From Bacteroidales bacterium (lineage in GTDB: Bacteria; Bacteroidota; Bacteroidia; Bacteroidales; VadinHA17): a stretch of DNA of 64,000 nucleotides. The stretch is taken from contig WOYX01000038.1 of assembly GCA_011620595.1 (NCBI GenBank), positions 2,774 through 66,773 of the forward strand. Direction: 5' to 3'. Below are positions 42,806 to 53,790 of the stretch, one piece after another (positions within the stretch are counted from its first letter, which is position 1; every line of letters begins with the position of its first letter). Under the pieces are notes generated by a model that was not told where the DNA came from, did not search any database, and saw nothing but the letters and a program-made list of their open reading frames with translations. Made by a program: the position numbers and the translations under genes.

Positions 42806-43897
42806 CTACTCTACGGGCATATAACGCTGGTCGCGCCGCACGGGTATGAAACCGGCATCCCTGATTATCTCCCTGACGGTATCGGGGTCCACCCGGAAGG
42901 GATCTCCTGCTGCGCTCACCACGTTTTCCTCTATCATAACCGACCCCAGATCGTTGGCGCCGGCGTGAAGCGATACCATTGCGGTCTCTTTGCCTACGGT
43001 GAGGATTGATGACTGTATGTTGGAGATGTTATCAAGCATCAGCCTGCTGATGGCTGTAAGCCTGAGATATTCGGCTGCGGTCACCGTGCTGCGTATGCCG
43101 TCACGCTCTGCCAGGAGGGTGCCGCGGTCCATGAAGGGCCATGCAATGAATGTGATGAATCCGTCATGACCTTCGGGTTTCTCATCCTGAAGATCGCGCA
43201 GCCTGACCAGGTGTTCCATCCTCTCAGCCACCGTCTCGGCATGTCCGAACATCATCGTCGCCGAGGTGGGAAGGTTAAGCCTGTGAGCCTCGCGCATGAC
43301 ACCCAGCCATTCATCAACGGTGGCTTTTGCCGGCGAGACGACCTGCCTGACCCTGTCTGAGAGTATCTCCGCTCCTGCTCCCGGCAGGGAGTCGAGCCCG
43401 GCATCATGCAGCGCAACAAGCACCTCGCGGAAACCCATCTTCTCTTTCCTGGCCAGAAAGGCCACCTCAGGAGGACCGAGGGCGTGCAGTTTAAGTTGCG
43501 GCCACCGCTGCTTCAGCCTGCTGAAGAGTGAGGTATAGAAATCGAGTCCCAGGGCAGGGTTCATGCCTCCCTGCAGCAGCAGCTGGTCGCCACCGAGAGC
43601 TACCAGTTCACGGATCCTGAGGTCATACTCTTCATCGGTTGTCACATAGGCGTCATCACTCTTTGCCGTGCGGCAGAAGTTGCAGAAGCGGCACTGCGAG
43701 AAGCATATGTTTGTGATGTTTACATTACGGTCTATCATCCACCCGACTTTGTTGTCAGGGTGCAACCTTCGCCTGACGCCGTCAGCAAGAAATATCAGGG
43801 TTGCCAGTGGTGCCTCCTCCCAGAGGGTGAGGGCCTCCTCCGCAGTGATCCGCAGACCCTCCGCCACCTTCATGTATAAATGTTCTGTGACACCCAT
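42806..43897 (-). CDS. Radical SAM enzyme of the CofH/MqnC/MqnE (futalosine-pathway menaquinone) family
   Basis: Start set at ATG 43897 (MGVTEHLYMKV...). The 450-aa track ORF runs through the pdxA promoter and 5' end. NITNICFSQCRFCNF CxxxCxxC cluster, LLLQGGMNP, TATMMFGH, GFITFIAWPF. Confidence 0.8.
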   Translation of the reverse strand: MGVTEHLYMKVAEGLRITAEEALTLWEEAPLATLIFLADGVRRRLHPDNKVGWMIDRNVNITNICFSQCRFCNFCRTAKSDDAYVTTDEEYDLRIRELVALGGDQLLLQGGMNPALGLDFYTSLFSRLKQRWPQLKLHALGPPEVAFLARKEKMGFREVLVALHDAGLDSLPGAGAEILSDRVRQVVSPAKATVDEWLGVMREAHRLNLPTSATMMFGHAETVAERMEHLVRLRDLQDEKPEGHDGFITFIAWPFMDRGTLLAERDGIRSTVTAAEYLRLTAISRLMLDNISNIQSSILTVGKETAMVSLHAGANDLGSVMIEENVVSAAGDPFRVDPDTVREIIRDAGFIPVRRDQRYMPVE

Positions 43898-44024
43898 TAT
43901 TTCGCATTGTGCGCGTTGCCGCAACAGACCGCAAAGGTAATACTTAAAAGCTAAATCATTCAATAATTTGATTAACTTTGAGGCGCTGAACAGCCTCTGA
44001 GCTGTTCGCCATGGAGGAATCACA

Positions 44025-45137
44025 ATGGAAAACAAACCCGTCATAGTCGGTATTACGCAGGGAGACATCAATGGCATCGGATATGAGGTCATCATGAAAG
44101 CTCTGGATGACGCTTCCGTCACCGATCTCTGTACACCGGTTATATACGGCTCTCCCAAGGTCGCCGCATATCACCGCAAGGTACTGGATATCAATAATAT
44201 CAATTTCAACAATATCAAGTCGTCCAGTGAAGCTCATCCCAGGAAGTTTAACCTGGTCAACTGCCTCGATGATGAGGTGCGGGTTGAGCTTGGCAGGTCA
44301 ACCCCTGAGAGTGGTGCTGCTGCCCTTGCTGCCCTTGAGTGTGCTGCCAGTGACCTGCTTGGCGGCCGGATTGATGTGCTGGTGACGGCGCCGATAGACA
44401 AGCACGGCATTCAGTCCGACAAGTTCCGGTTTGCCGGTCACACTGACTGGCTAAGGTCGAAGGTAAACGCCCCCGATGTGCTGATGCTTATGCTGAGTGA
44501 GAGTATGAAGATCGGGTTTGCCACCGGCCATCTGCCGTTGAAGGATGTTGCAGGAGCCATCACCGTGCCCCTGGTGCTGGGTAAGATCAGACTGCTGAAC
44601 AGGTCACTGCTTCAGGACTTTGCCATCCGAGGGCCGCGAATAGCCGTTCTGAGTCTCAATCCCCACGCCGGCGACGGAGGTCTGCTCGGGGCTGAGGAGA
44701 ATGAGGTCATCATCCCTGCCATTGCAAAGGCTGAAGAGGAGGGCATACTTGCTTTCGGACCCTATGCGGCAGACGGTTTCTTCGGTTCGGGGGCCTTCAG
44801 CCGTTTCGATGCCGTGCTGGCCATGTACCATGATCAGGGTATGAGCGCCTTCAAGGCCCTGGCCTTTGACACCGGCGTCAACTACACCGCAGGGCTGCCC
44901 GTTGTCAGAACCTCACCGGCACACGGCACGGCCTTTGACATCACCGGCAGGAACGAAGCATCAGGCACCTCAATGCGTCACGCCATCTATGCGGCATGTG
45001 ATATATTCCGCAACAGGAAGATGTATGATGAACTGCTGCAGAACCCGCTGCAGCCGCAGAAGATAGAGATATATGCCGATCACGACCATGTTGACGAGCT
45101 GCCTCCAGAACCTGAAAACTACGACCAGGATTTATGA
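44025..45137 (+). CDS. pdxA: 4-hydroxythreonine-4-phosphate dehydrogenase
   Basis: GITQGDINGIGYEVIMKAL, VTAPIDK, FAGHTDWL, LNPHAGDGG, MYHDQG, VRTSPAHGTAFDI. Confidence 0.9.
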   Translation: MENKPVIVGITQGDINGIGYEVIMKALDDASVTDLCTPVIYGSPKVAAYHRKVLDINNINFNNIKSSSEAHPRKFNLVNCLDDEVRVELGRSTPESGAAALAALECAASDLLGGRIDVLVTAPIDKHGIQSDKFRFAGHTDWLRSKVNAPDVLMLMLSESMKIGFATGHLPLKDVAGAITVPLVLGKIRLLNRSLLQDFAIRGPRIAVLSLNPHAGDGGLLGAEENEVIIPAIAKAEEEGILAFGPYAADGFFGSGAFSRFDAVLAMYHDQGMSAFKALAFDTGVNYTAGLPVVRTSPAHGTAFDITGRNEASGTSMRHAIYAACDIFRNRKMYDELLQNPLQPQKIEIYADHDHVDELPPEPENYDQDL

Positions 45138-45715
45138 TCGATTTTATCACGGGCAGAGTGACCGAGCTGAATCCCGCCTTTGCGGTGGTTGAGTGCAACG
45201 GCATCGGTTACAGCATCAACATATCACTCAACACCTATGCTGTCCTTGAGCGGGCTGACAGCTGCAAGATTCTGATACACGAAGCCATACGGGAAGATGC
45301 TTACATCCTCTACGGTTTTGCCGATGCCGACGAGCGTGATCTCTTCCGGCATCTTATCTCTGTCTCCGGGGTGGGAGCAGGCACGGCACGGATGGTACTC
45401 TCATCAATGAAGCCGACTGATCTCCGGCAGGCCATCACCGAAGGTGATGTCAATATTATCAAGGCGGTCAAGGGCATAGGCCTGAAGACGGCCCAGAGGA
45501 TCATCGTTGACCTGAAAGACAAAATTGGAAAACATACCGGTTCCGGTGAAATAATTGCATTTTCCGACAATACCGCGCGCGAAGAAGCGTTATCTGCATT
45601 AGTGATGCTTGGATTTGCCAGGAACAGCGCCGGGAAGGCTGTGGACAACCTCCTGAAGGAGGAAAAGTCACTGCCTGTGGAGGAGATAGTGAGGAGGGCG
45701 CTCAAACTGTTATAA
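45134..45715 (+). CDS. ruvA: Holliday junction branch-migration complex subunit RuvA
   Basis: MIDFITGRV...VECNGIGY..., helix-hairpin-helix LISVSGVGAGTARMVLS and VKGIGLKTAQRII. 4-nt overlap with pdxA. Confidence 0.9.
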   Translation: MIDFITGRVTELNPAFAVVECNGIGYSINISLNTYAVLERADSCKILIHEAIREDAYILYGFADADERDLFRHLISVSGVGAGTARMVLSSMKPTDLRQAITEGDVNIIKAVKGIGLKTAQRIIVDLKDKIGKHTGSGEIIAFSDNTAREEALSALVMLGFARNSAGKAVDNLLKEEKSLPVEEIVRRALKLL

Positions 45716-45729
45716 ACAGACGTGCCGGA

Positions 45730-48700
45730 TTGCCTTTTTCATTACGAAATAGAGATCTTCTGATCAGGGTTGCACTATTTGCCATCCTGCTTATATTTTC
45801 CGATGCCATATCGGCTCAGACTACTGCCGGTGACACTCTCCTGAGACTCAATGCCGATCCTTCCTATCCCTGGAATGCGAAGCCCTCATCACCCCTCTTC
45901 CTCAACAAGCCATCCAACATCACTACGAGGGTTGACTACGACGGACGCAACAACCAGTACATTATCTACCAGAAGGTTGGCAGCCTCGATTACCGCAAGC
46001 CTGTTTACATGAATGCCGACGAATACCGCAGGTATGAGTTCGAACAGGCCATGCGTGAATACTGGGATGCGGGTCTCAGGGGAGATGCCTCCGGTTACCG
46101 GTCATCACTGATACCGCAGATAGAGGTGGGAGGGGAGACCTTCGACCGCATCTTCGGCAGCAACATCATCAACATCGTACCGCAGGGTTCTGCTGAGCTC
46201 ATCTTCGGCATCAACATCTCGCACACCGAGAACCCCACTCTCTCCGAGAGGCTGCGCACCATCCCCACCTTCGACTTTCAGGAGAAGATACAGATGAACG
46301 TCACCGGCACCATCGGCGACAAGATGCAGTTGGGTATCAACTACAACACGGAGGCCATGTTCGAGTTTGAGAACAGGACCAAGCTCGAGTATTCAGGCAA
46401 GGAGGACGAGATCATCAAAAAGATTGAGGCGGGCGACGTGACGCTGCCGCTCAACGGCACCCTTATCACCGGCAGCTACAGCCTCTTCGGGCTTAAGACC
46501 GAGCTGCAGTTCGGCAAGCTAAACATAACCACCGTCTTTTCTCAACAGAAGGGCGAGTCGTCGGTGGTGGAGGTCAAGGGCGGGTCGCAGCTCACCGACT
46601 ACAGCATCACTGCCGATGCCTACGAGGCCAACCGTCACTTCTTCCTCTCGCAGCACTTCAGGGACAATTTTGACGAAGCCCTTTCCAACCTCCCGATTGT
46701 GAGCACCGGGCTGAACATTGAGAAGATCGAGGTCTGGATCACCAATGAGACCAGTAGGTTTGAGGATGTCAGCAACCGCAACATAGTTGCCTTTCTTGAC
46801 CTTGCCGAGAGCCAGGAGAACATCTACAACACTGTTACGGAGTTTCAGGGCATTCCGGGCACACCCATCAATCCCTCCAACAACTCCAATGGTCTTTATG
46901 AGCAGCTAAACACTGCATACGCCGGTGTCAGGAACATTGACCAGGTGGCTGACGCCTTTGTTCCCCTCTATCCGGCTTTCCAGATAGGGCGCGACTATGA
47001 GAAGATTGAGAATGCCCGCAAGCTTACCGAGCGTGAATATACCGTCAACAGGCAGCTGGGGTACATCTCCCTCAACATAGCGCTGAACAATGACGAGGTG
47101 CTGGCTGTGGCCTATGAATACACCTTCAACGGCCAGGTCTTCAAGGTGGGAGAGTTCTCCACCGACGGTATCACGGCTCCCGACGCTCTTATCCTCAAGC
47201 TTATCAAGGGTACTACCCTGAGCCCCCAGATACCCACCTGGGATCTCATGATGAAGAACATCTACAACATCGGGTCAGGGCGCATTGGGCCGAAGGACTT
47301 TAAGGTAAACATACTATACGAGGATGACAGGACCGGCAACGCACTCAATTACCTTCCCGGAACGCCTCTTGACGGGCAGGTTCTGCTGCAGGCCCTGGGC
47401 CTTGACCAGCTCAACTCACAGCTTGACAGGGAGCCCGACGGACTCTTTGATTTCGTCGAAGGCGTAACCGTCATGGCAGAGCGGGGCAGGATAATCTTTC
47501 CCGTGCTTGAGCCCTTCGGCCGGCACCTGCTGAAATACCTGACCGACCCCGGGCAGATTGAGAAGTATGTCTTCACGGAGCTGTATGACTCAACCCAGAC
47601 GGTGGCGAGGCAGATGGCCGAGAAGAACAAATATCTGCTCAGCGGACAGTTCACCTCAGCCACCGGCTCCGAGATAAGGCTCAATGTGGCAAACATACCT
47701 GCGGGCTCGGTAAAGGTCACTGCCGGTGGGGTCACCCTCACCGAGAACGTTGACTATACGGTTGACTATAACATGGGTTCCGTAAAGATCATCAACACGG
47801 CTATCATCGAATCACAGACACCCGTCCAGGTATCACTGGAGAGCAACCAGTTCTTCGGTCTGCAGACCAAGACGCTGGTTGGCACCCACCTGAACTACAG
47901 GTTCTCCGAGAGGTTCAACCTGGGGGGCACGGTGCTGCGTCTTACCGAGAGGCCCTACACCCAGAAGGTCACCTACGGCGAAGATCCCATCTCCAACACC
48001 ATATACGGTTTTGATGCTTCATACCGTACTGAATCACAGTTTCTTACCAATGCCATCGACTGGCTGCCGTTCATTGAGACCAGCACCCCCTCCTCTATCA
48101 ATTTCTTCGGTGAGTTTGCACATCTCATACCCGGCCACAGCAAGGCCATCACCTCTGAGGGAGCGGTTTACATTGACGACTTCGAGGCAAGTGAGATATC
48201 CCTTGACCTGCGTGCCTTCAATGCCTGGTCACTCTCAAGCGTACCGCAGGGGCAGGATCACTTCTTCCCGGAGGCAAGGCTGAGCAAGGATATCACTTCA
48301 GGCTTCAACAGGGCACGGCTGGCATGGTATGTCATCGATCCGCTCTTCCTTCGCAACGGATCTACCACTCCCGACCATATCAAGGCCAATGCCGACCTGC
48401 AGTCAAGCCATTTCGTCAGGGAGATATACGAGACGGAGATATTTCCCTTCAAGGAGTCAGCCAGCGGCATACCTACCAACATCTCGGTGCTGAATATAGC
48501 CTTCTATCCATATGAGAGGGGTCCCTACAACTTTGACGTGCTGCCCGGATTATATTCTGCCGGCCTCGGCGCCGACGGACTCCTCAATTCACCCCGCACA
48601 CGGTGGGGCGGGATGATGCGTGAGCTGCTGACTAACGACTTTGAGTCGGCCAATATTCAGTACCTCAAGTTCTGGGTCATGGATCCCTTCGTGGAGGACC

Positions 48701-51700
48701 CCCTGCATGAAGGAGGCGATCTGTACTTCAACCTCGGCAATATTTCGGAAGATATACTGCGCGACTCGCGCAAGCAGTTTGAGAACGGGCTGCCCACCTC
48801 GCCGCTGGTGGTTAACGTTGATACCACCGTCTGGGGCAGGGTTCCCAACGTACAGGCCGTGGTACAGGCCTTCGACAACAATATCGACTCACGCCGATAC
48901 CAGGATGTGGGGCTTGACGGGCTGGGCAATGAAGACGAGGTCTCCTTCTTCGACAGTTACCTGCAGGCTGTCGGGGCCGTGGTCAGCCCGGAGGTGCTGG
49001 ATATGATCTTCAGAGACCCTGCCAATGACGATTTCCATTATTTCAGAGGCTCAGACTACGACCTTCTTCATCTGGGCATCCTGGAGAGATATAAGAAATT
49101 CAACGGCACGGACGGCAACTCGCCCACTTCGGAGATGTCAACGGAGTCCTATCCCACCAGCGGTTCTACGCTGCCTGATATGGAGGACATCAACCGTGAC
49201 AACACCCTGAGTGAAACCGAGAGCTACTACCAGTACCATGTGAGCCTGAGGCCTGAGGATATGGTCGTCGGAAAGAACTTCATCGTTGATGAGCTTGAAT
49301 ATACTGCCACCTTTGCCAACGGCGAGAAGTCACCGGTGAAGTGGTACCAGTTCAAGATACCCGTTACCGATTATGAGAGGGTGGTGGGCTCGATCCGTGA
49401 TTTCAAGTCGATCAGGTTCCTCCGCATGTTCATGCGCAACTTTGACCAGGAGATCATCATGCGTTTTGCCCGTCTCGAGCTTGTCAGGTCGGAATGGCGC
49501 AAGTACAACCTCACCTTCTTCGAGGGTGGTGAGCGCATCACCATACCCGAAGAGGATGATGGCACCTTTGAGATCAGCTCGGTGAGCATTGAGGAGAATG
49601 CAGGCAAGGAGCCTGTGAACTATGTTCTCCCTCCCGGCTTTGACCGTGTCATTGACCCTGCCAATCCGCAGCTCCGGCAGCTCAATGAGCAGTCTATGGT
49701 TCTTCGTGTGAGGGAGCTTGCCGACGGCGATGCCAGGGCTACCTACAAGAATGTCACCCTTGACATGCGGCAGTACCGCAGGCTGAAGATGGAGGTTCAT
49801 GCCGAGGCGCTGATAGGCCAGCCGCTTCTTAATGACGAGGTAACGGTCTTCGTCAGGCTGGGGTCAGACTACAAGAGCAACTTCTATGAGTACGAGATAC
49901 CGCTGAAGCTGACACCCTATGGCAGGTACAGCAATGATGACGAGGATGACAGGACGATTGTCTGGCCCGAGGAAAACAAGCTGGACATCGATCTCTCGTT
50001 GCTGCTTGATGCCAAGCAGGAGCGTGATGCGGCCATGAGGGTGGCGGGGTCATCGATCAGCGAGGCGGACATATATACCATCACCGTGGGTGACGCCCGC
50101 ATCTCCGTCAGCGGCAGCCCCAACCTGAGCAACGTGAGGGTGGTGATGGCCGGTGTACGTAACCCCATCAGGACACGTGACCCGGCAAACGATGACGGCG
50201 CACCAAAGTCGGCGGAGGTATGGATCAACGAGCTCCGGCTGAGCGACTTCCGCGAGGAGGGAGGATGGGCTGCCAACGCCCAGATGCAGGCACGGCTGGC
50301 TGACCTCGGGACGCTCAACCTGGTCGGGCAGACGAGTACCCCGGGTTGGGGCAGCATCGATAAGAACGTCAGTCAGCGCAGCATGGAACAGGTGATACAG
50401 TACGATCTCTCGTCGAACCTTGAGCTGGGCAAGTTCTTCCCCGAGAAGGCGGGCATCAGGATACCTGTCTACATGGGTTACTCCGAAAACCGCATCAGGC
50501 CGCAGTATGACCCGCTCAATCCCGACATACTGCTTGATGAGTCGCTCGACAATACCGAGACAAAGAGGGAGAGGGACTCTTTGCTCAACATGGCGGAGGA
50601 GTACTCGAGGCGGCGCACGCTTACCGTCAGCAATGCCGGCATTACCAGGAGGGGTGAGAAGCCTCATGCCTGGGACCCGGCAAACGTCACCGTCAGCTAT
50701 GCCTTTAACGAGGTTTACAACAGCGATCCCCGTACGGAGGTGGATGTGGAGCGGACCTACAGGGGGGGCATCGCCTACGACTTCGACGCCATGCCGAAGA
50801 ATTTTTCCCCGTTCCAGAAATCAAGGCTGCTCAGCTCCCCGGCCTTCAGGCTGATCAGGGATTTCAACGTCTATCTCTTTCCAAAGCACATCACTGTGCG
50901 TACCGACCTCTACAGGTATTACAACGAGGTCAGGACGCGCAACATCAATAACCCTGATTTGCTTATCGACCCTGTCTTTACCAAGGACTTTCAGTGGACC
51001 CGGTTTTACGATATCAAATATGACATCACCAGGCAGCTGAAGGCGGACTTCACCGCCAGCAGCATTGCCAGGATTGACGAGCCGGCGGGAGGTGCTGACC
51101 GCAGGCGCTACCCGGAGCTGTTTGACACCTGGCGTGATTCGGTCATGGCCAACCTGGGTGACCTTGGCCGCACCACCAACTACTACCATCTGCTGAACGT
51201 AAACTACAATGTGCCTGTCAATAAGCTGCCGCTGCTCTCATGGGTAACCTCCAACGCGCGTTACAGTGCACGGTATGACTGGCTGGCGGGCACCATCTTC
51301 CCTGATTCGGTGAACATAAAGCCCGGCAATACCATAAAGAATTCGAACAACGGACAGTTTACGGTGCAGGCCAACCTCACCAACCTCTACGGCAAGGTTA
51401 AGTTTCTGAAGGAGATAGAGGCCGGCACGCAGCCGGGGGCGAAGCGTCGCATGAGCCTCGGCTACGAGGAGGTGACACACAACAGGCGGGGGCTGATACT
51501 CAAAGCCGGTAAGCCGCGTATCATCAACCACAACCTGGGCACCAGGGATGTGACGGTGACAGTCACCGACCGTGACGGTGCTCCCGTGAGCGGTAAGTTC
51601 AACATTGTCTCTGACGACCGGATTGACTATATCGCTGATGCTGATGTCTCCAATGTCAGCGTCTCCATTAAGGGCAGGGTGGAGAAGAAACCCGGCGTTG

Positions 51701-53136
51701 CCAGTATGGCAGGGCGCTATCTTGTACGCGGACTCATGGCATTGCGCAATGTCTCAGGCACCTATACCATCGAGCAGGGGCATATCCTTCCGGGCTATCT
51801 CCCCGGTACCACCTTCCTGGGTCAGGAGAACTACGGGGGCATGTCGTCTCCCGGCTGGCGCTTCCTGGTCGGGCTTACTGACGAACGCTTCTTTGATGAG
51901 GCCGTCATCAACGGCTGGATCACCACGGACACTCTGCTCAACAATGCCGCTTCATACAGCAGACGCGAACAATTCAACATCAGGGCCAATGTGGAGCCGT
52001 TTCCGGGCTTGCGGCTCGATCTGACAGCTGACAGGCGCTACTCAGAGACGGTGGCATCATACCTGCGCGCCGACCGCAACGGCCACTTCCCGGACAGCAC
52101 CCGTAACACGCGTATCACGGGCAACTTCACCATCTCGGTGGTCTCATGGGGCACTGCCTTTGAGAAGATACCCAAAACGGGCGACTATATCTCCCCGACA
52201 TTCGAGAGGTTCAAGGAGTACACCACGGTCATTTCACAGCGGAGGGGCAATGAGCGGCGCCTTGCTGACAACAGTTATGACCCGTGGTTTGACCCTGTCA
52301 CCGGCGAGCAGATAACGGGCCCCTATATGAGCGGATACGGTCAGACCTCGGCCGAGGTGCTTGTGCCGGCCTTCCTCGCTGCCTATACCAGGAGGGACCC
52401 GGATAAGATCACCCTGTCACCCTTCCCCTCGATGATGCATATGATGCCCAACTGGAGAATCAATTTCGAAGGGCTGACAAAGTTCGAGGCAGTGCGCAAG
52501 GTATTCAACTCGGTGAGCCTCTCACACCAGTACAGGTCAACTTACACCATCGGCTCATTCAATACCAGTCTCTACTATGACCCTGATGCATCGGGAATAA
52601 GCAGGATTCGTGACCTGCAGTCGAACTTCATTCCGCACTATGAGATCAACACGGTGACCATCAACGAGCAGTTCAGTCCCTTAATAAACATAGACCTGGG
52701 ATGGAAGAACTCGCTGACCACCAGGATAGAATACCGGAAGTCGCGCACGGTGACCCTCAACCTGGCCAGCAACCAGGTGGCTGACATCAGGAATGAAGAG
52801 ATCACCATAGGAGCAGGGTACCGGTTTGATGATGTGGCCATCACCCTGAGCTCGCGCACAGGCCAGCGTGCCCTGAAGAGCGACCTCAACCTGAAGGTGG
52901 ACCTCTCCATCAGGGACAACAAGACGCTGGCGCGGAAGCTGGTGGAGGCGGTGAACCAGCCTGTGGCAGGACAGCGGGTCTTTACCGTGGGTGCCACGGC
53001 AGACTATGTGCTGAGCGACAGGTTCAACCTGCAGATCTATGCTGACCATTCGATGAACGACCCGTTTGTTGCAAACACCTTCATGACCTCCAACACCAAC
53101 TTCGGATTCAGCCTGCGCTTCACCCTTGTACAGTGA
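45730..53136 (+). CDS. sprA: Type IX secretion system translocon SprA
   Basis: 2468-aa ORF with a signal peptide and giant beta-barrel-type composition. Its size and its position after ruvA match Bacteroidota SprA/Sov. Only a TTG start is available (45730). Confidence 0.9.
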   Translation: MPFSLRNRDLLIRVALFAILLIFSDAISAQTTAGDTLLRLNADPSYPWNAKPSSPLFLNKPSNITTRVDYDGRNNQYIIYQKVGSLDYRKPVYMNADEYRRYEFEQAMREYWDAGLRGDASGYRSSLIPQIEVGGETFDRIFGSNIINIVPQGSAELIFGINISHTENPTLSERLRTIPTFDFQEKIQMNVTGTIGDKMQLGINYNTEAMFEFENRTKLEYSGKEDEIIKKIEAGDVTLPLNGTLITGSYSLFGLKTELQFGKLNITTVFSQQKGESSVVEVKGGSQLTDYSITADAYEANRHFFLSQHFRDNFDEALSNLPIVSTGLNIEKIEVWITNETSRFEDVSNRNIVAFLDLAESQENIYNTVTEFQGIPGTPINPSNNSNGLYEQLNTAYAGVRNIDQVADAFVPLYPAFQIGRDYEKIENARKLTEREYTVNRQLGYISLNIALNNDEVLAVAYEYTFNGQVFKVGEFSTDGITAPDALILKLIKGTTLSPQIPTWDLMMKNIYNIGSGRIGPKDFKVNILYEDDRTGNALNYLPGTPLDGQVLLQALGLDQLNSQLDREPDGLFDFVEGVTVMAERGRIIFPVLEPFGRHLLKYLTDPGQIEKYVFTELYDSTQTVARQMAEKNKYLLSGQFTSATGSEIRLNVANIPAGSVKVTAGGVTLTENVDYTVDYNMGSVKIINTAIIESQTPVQVSLESNQFFGLQTKTLVGTHLNYRFSERFNLGGTVLRLTERPYTQKVTYGEDPISNTIYGFDASYRTESQFLTNAIDWLPFIETSTPSSINFFGEFAHLIPGHSKAITSEGAVYIDDFEASEISLDLRAFNAWSLSSVPQGQDHFFPEARLSKDITSGFNRARLAWYVIDPLFLRNGSTTPDHIKANADLQSSHFVREIYETEIFPFKESASGIPTNISVLNIAFYPYERGPYNFDVLPGLYSAGLGADGLLNSPRTRWGGMMRELLTNDFESANIQYLKFWVMDPFVEDPLHEGGDLYFNLGNISEDILRDSRKQFENGLPTSPLVVNVDTTVWGRVPNVQAVVQAFDNNIDSRRYQDVGLDGLGNEDEVSFFDSYLQAVGAVVSPEVLDMIFRDPANDDFHYFRGSDYDLLHLGILERYKKFNGTDGNSPTSEMSTESYPTSGSTLPDMEDINRDNTLSETESYYQYHVSLRPEDMVVGKNFIVDELEYTATFANGEKSPVKWYQFKIPVTDYERVVGSIRDFKSIRFLRMFMRNFDQEIIMRFARLELVRSEWRKYNLTFFEGGERITIPEEDDGTFEISSVSIEENAGKEPVNYVLPPGFDRVIDPANPQLRQLNEQSMVLRVRELADGDARATYKNVTLDMRQYRRLKMEVHAEALIGQPLLNDEVTVFVRLGSDYKSNFYEYEIPLKLTPYGRYSNDDEDDRTIVWPEENKLDIDLSLLLDAKQERDAAMRVAGSSISEADIYTITVGDARISVSGSPNLSNVRVVMAGVRNPIRTRDPANDDGAPKSAEVWINELRLSDFREEGGWAANAQMQARLADLGTLNLVGQTSTPGWGSIDKNVSQRSMEQVIQYDLSSNLELGKFFPEKAGIRIPVYMGYSENRIRPQYDPLNPDILLDESLDNTETKRERDSLLNMAEEYSRRRTLTVSNAGITRRGEKPHAWDPANVTVSYAFNEVYNSDPRTEVDVERTYRGGIAYDFDAMPKNFSPFQKSRLLSSPAFRLIRDFNVYLFPKHITVRTDLYRYYNEVRTRNINNPDLLIDPVFTKDFQWTRFYDIKYDITRQLKADFTASSIARIDEPAGGADRRRYPELFDTWRDSVMANLGDLGRTTNYYHLLNVNYNVPVNKLPLLSWVTSNARYSARYDWLAGTIFPDSVNIKPGNTIKNSNNGQFTVQANLTNLYGKVKFLKEIEAGTQPGAKRRMSLGYEEVTHNRRGLILKAGKPRIINHNLGTRDVTVTVTDRDGAPVSGKFNIVSDDRIDYIADADVSNVSVSIKGRVEKKPGVASMAGRYLVRGLMALRNVSGTYTIEQGHILPGYLPGTTFLGQENYGGMSSPGWRFLVGLTDERFFDEAVINGWITTDTLLNNAASYSRREQFNIRANVEPFPGLRLDLTADRRYSETVASYLRADRNGHFPDSTRNTRITGNFTISVVSWGTAFEKIPKTGDYISPTFERFKEYTTVISQRRGNERRLADNSYDPWFDPVTGEQITGPYMSGYGQTSAEVLVPAFLAAYTRRDPDKITLSPFPSMMHMMPNWRINFEGLTKFEAVRKVFNSVSLSHQYRSTYTIGSFNTSLYYDPDASGISRIRDLQSNFIPHYEINTVTINEQFSPLINIDLGWKNSLTTRIEYRKSRTVTLNLASNQVADIRNEEITIGAGYRFDDVAITLSSRTGQRALKSDLNLKVDLSIRDNKTLARKLVEAVNQPVAGQRVFTVGATADYVLSDRFNLQIYADHSMNDPFVANTFMTSNTNFGFSLRFTLVQ

Positions 53137-53198
53137 ACCCTGCCGCCCGTACCGCAGATAAAAATGAGGCAACCGGCCTATAAATCTGAAAAAAGATG

Positions 53199-53206
53199 TA
53201 TTTTTG
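53199..53206 (+). promoter_or_regulatory. Candidate -7 box (TATTTTTG) for gcvH
   Basis: Matches TAnnTTTG, 47 nt upstream of the ATG at 53253. Confidence 0.4.
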
Positions 53207-53252
53207 ACATTCTGACAACAAGATCTGAAGTCTAACAAAAAAATATCAAGTG

Positions 53253-53633
53253 ATGAATGTTCCGGCAAACCTGAAGTACACCAAGGATCATGAGTGGGTC
53301 CGCATCAACGGCAATGAAGCAGTAGTGGGTATTACTGATTTTGCACAGCATGAGCTGGGCGACATAGTATTTATTGAGATCGAGACCGTGGGCGATAAAC
53401 TCGGGCACGGCGAGGTCTTCGGCACGGTGGAAGCCGTCAAGACTGTATCAGATCTCTTCATGCCTCTCAGCGGTACTGTCACCGAAAAGAATGCAGAGCT
53501 TGACGCGTCTGCGGAGCTGGTCAACAATGATCCCTACGGACAGGGTTGGATGATCAAGGTCGATCTCACTGACCCTTCAGAGGCAGACAGTCTCCTTGAT
53601 GCCGAAGCATATAAGAAGCTTATAGGTGCGTGA
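53253..53633 (+). CDS. gcvH: Glycine cleavage system protein H
   Basis: [25 protein letters not shown], lipoyl-Lys motif [18 protein letters not shown]. Confidence 0.95.
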   Translation: MNVPANLKYTKDHEWVRINGNEAVVGITDFAQHELGDIVFIEIETVGDKLGHGEVFGTVEAVKTVSDLFMPLSGTVTEKNAELDASAELVNNDPYGQGWMIKVDLTDPSEADSLLDAEAYKKLIGA

Positions 53634-53652
53634 CTGACAATATAATAAGCAC

Positions 53653-53682
53653 AAAAAAAGCTGCAGGGATGCAGCTTTTTTT
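53653..53682. terminator. Bidirectional intrinsic terminator between convergent gcvH and infB
   Basis: AAAAAAA-AGCTGCA-GGGA-TGCAGCT-TTTTTTT. Confidence 0.8.
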
Positions 53683-53790
53683 ATTTTCGATTTCAGATTT
53701 GCGATTTTCGATTTAATTGACGATTTCTGATGTGCGAATGTCGATTAAAAAATTTCTCAATCGCAAATCGCACATCGCAAATCGAAAATC
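53683..53790. repeat. Inverted arrays of 7-mer repeats (CGATTTT/GCGATTT vs AATCGCA) abutting the infB stop codon
   Basis: Left arm ATTTTCGATTTCAGATTTGCGATTTTCGATTT (53683-53715). Right arm AATCGCAAATCGCACATCGCAAATCGAAAATC (53757-53790), whose reverse complement GATTTTCGATTTGCGATGTGCGATTTGCGATT matches the left arm and the central CGATTTCTGATGTGCGAATGTCGATT. Confidence 0.8.

Noticed and set aside
42806-44158. The full 450-aa minus-strand ORF for the radical SAM gene.
   Set aside because: The first 87 codons overlap the pdxA 5' end and promoter and have non-protein-like composition. Family-typical sequence begins at MGVTEHLY (ATG 43897), giving a normal ~363-aa enzyme.
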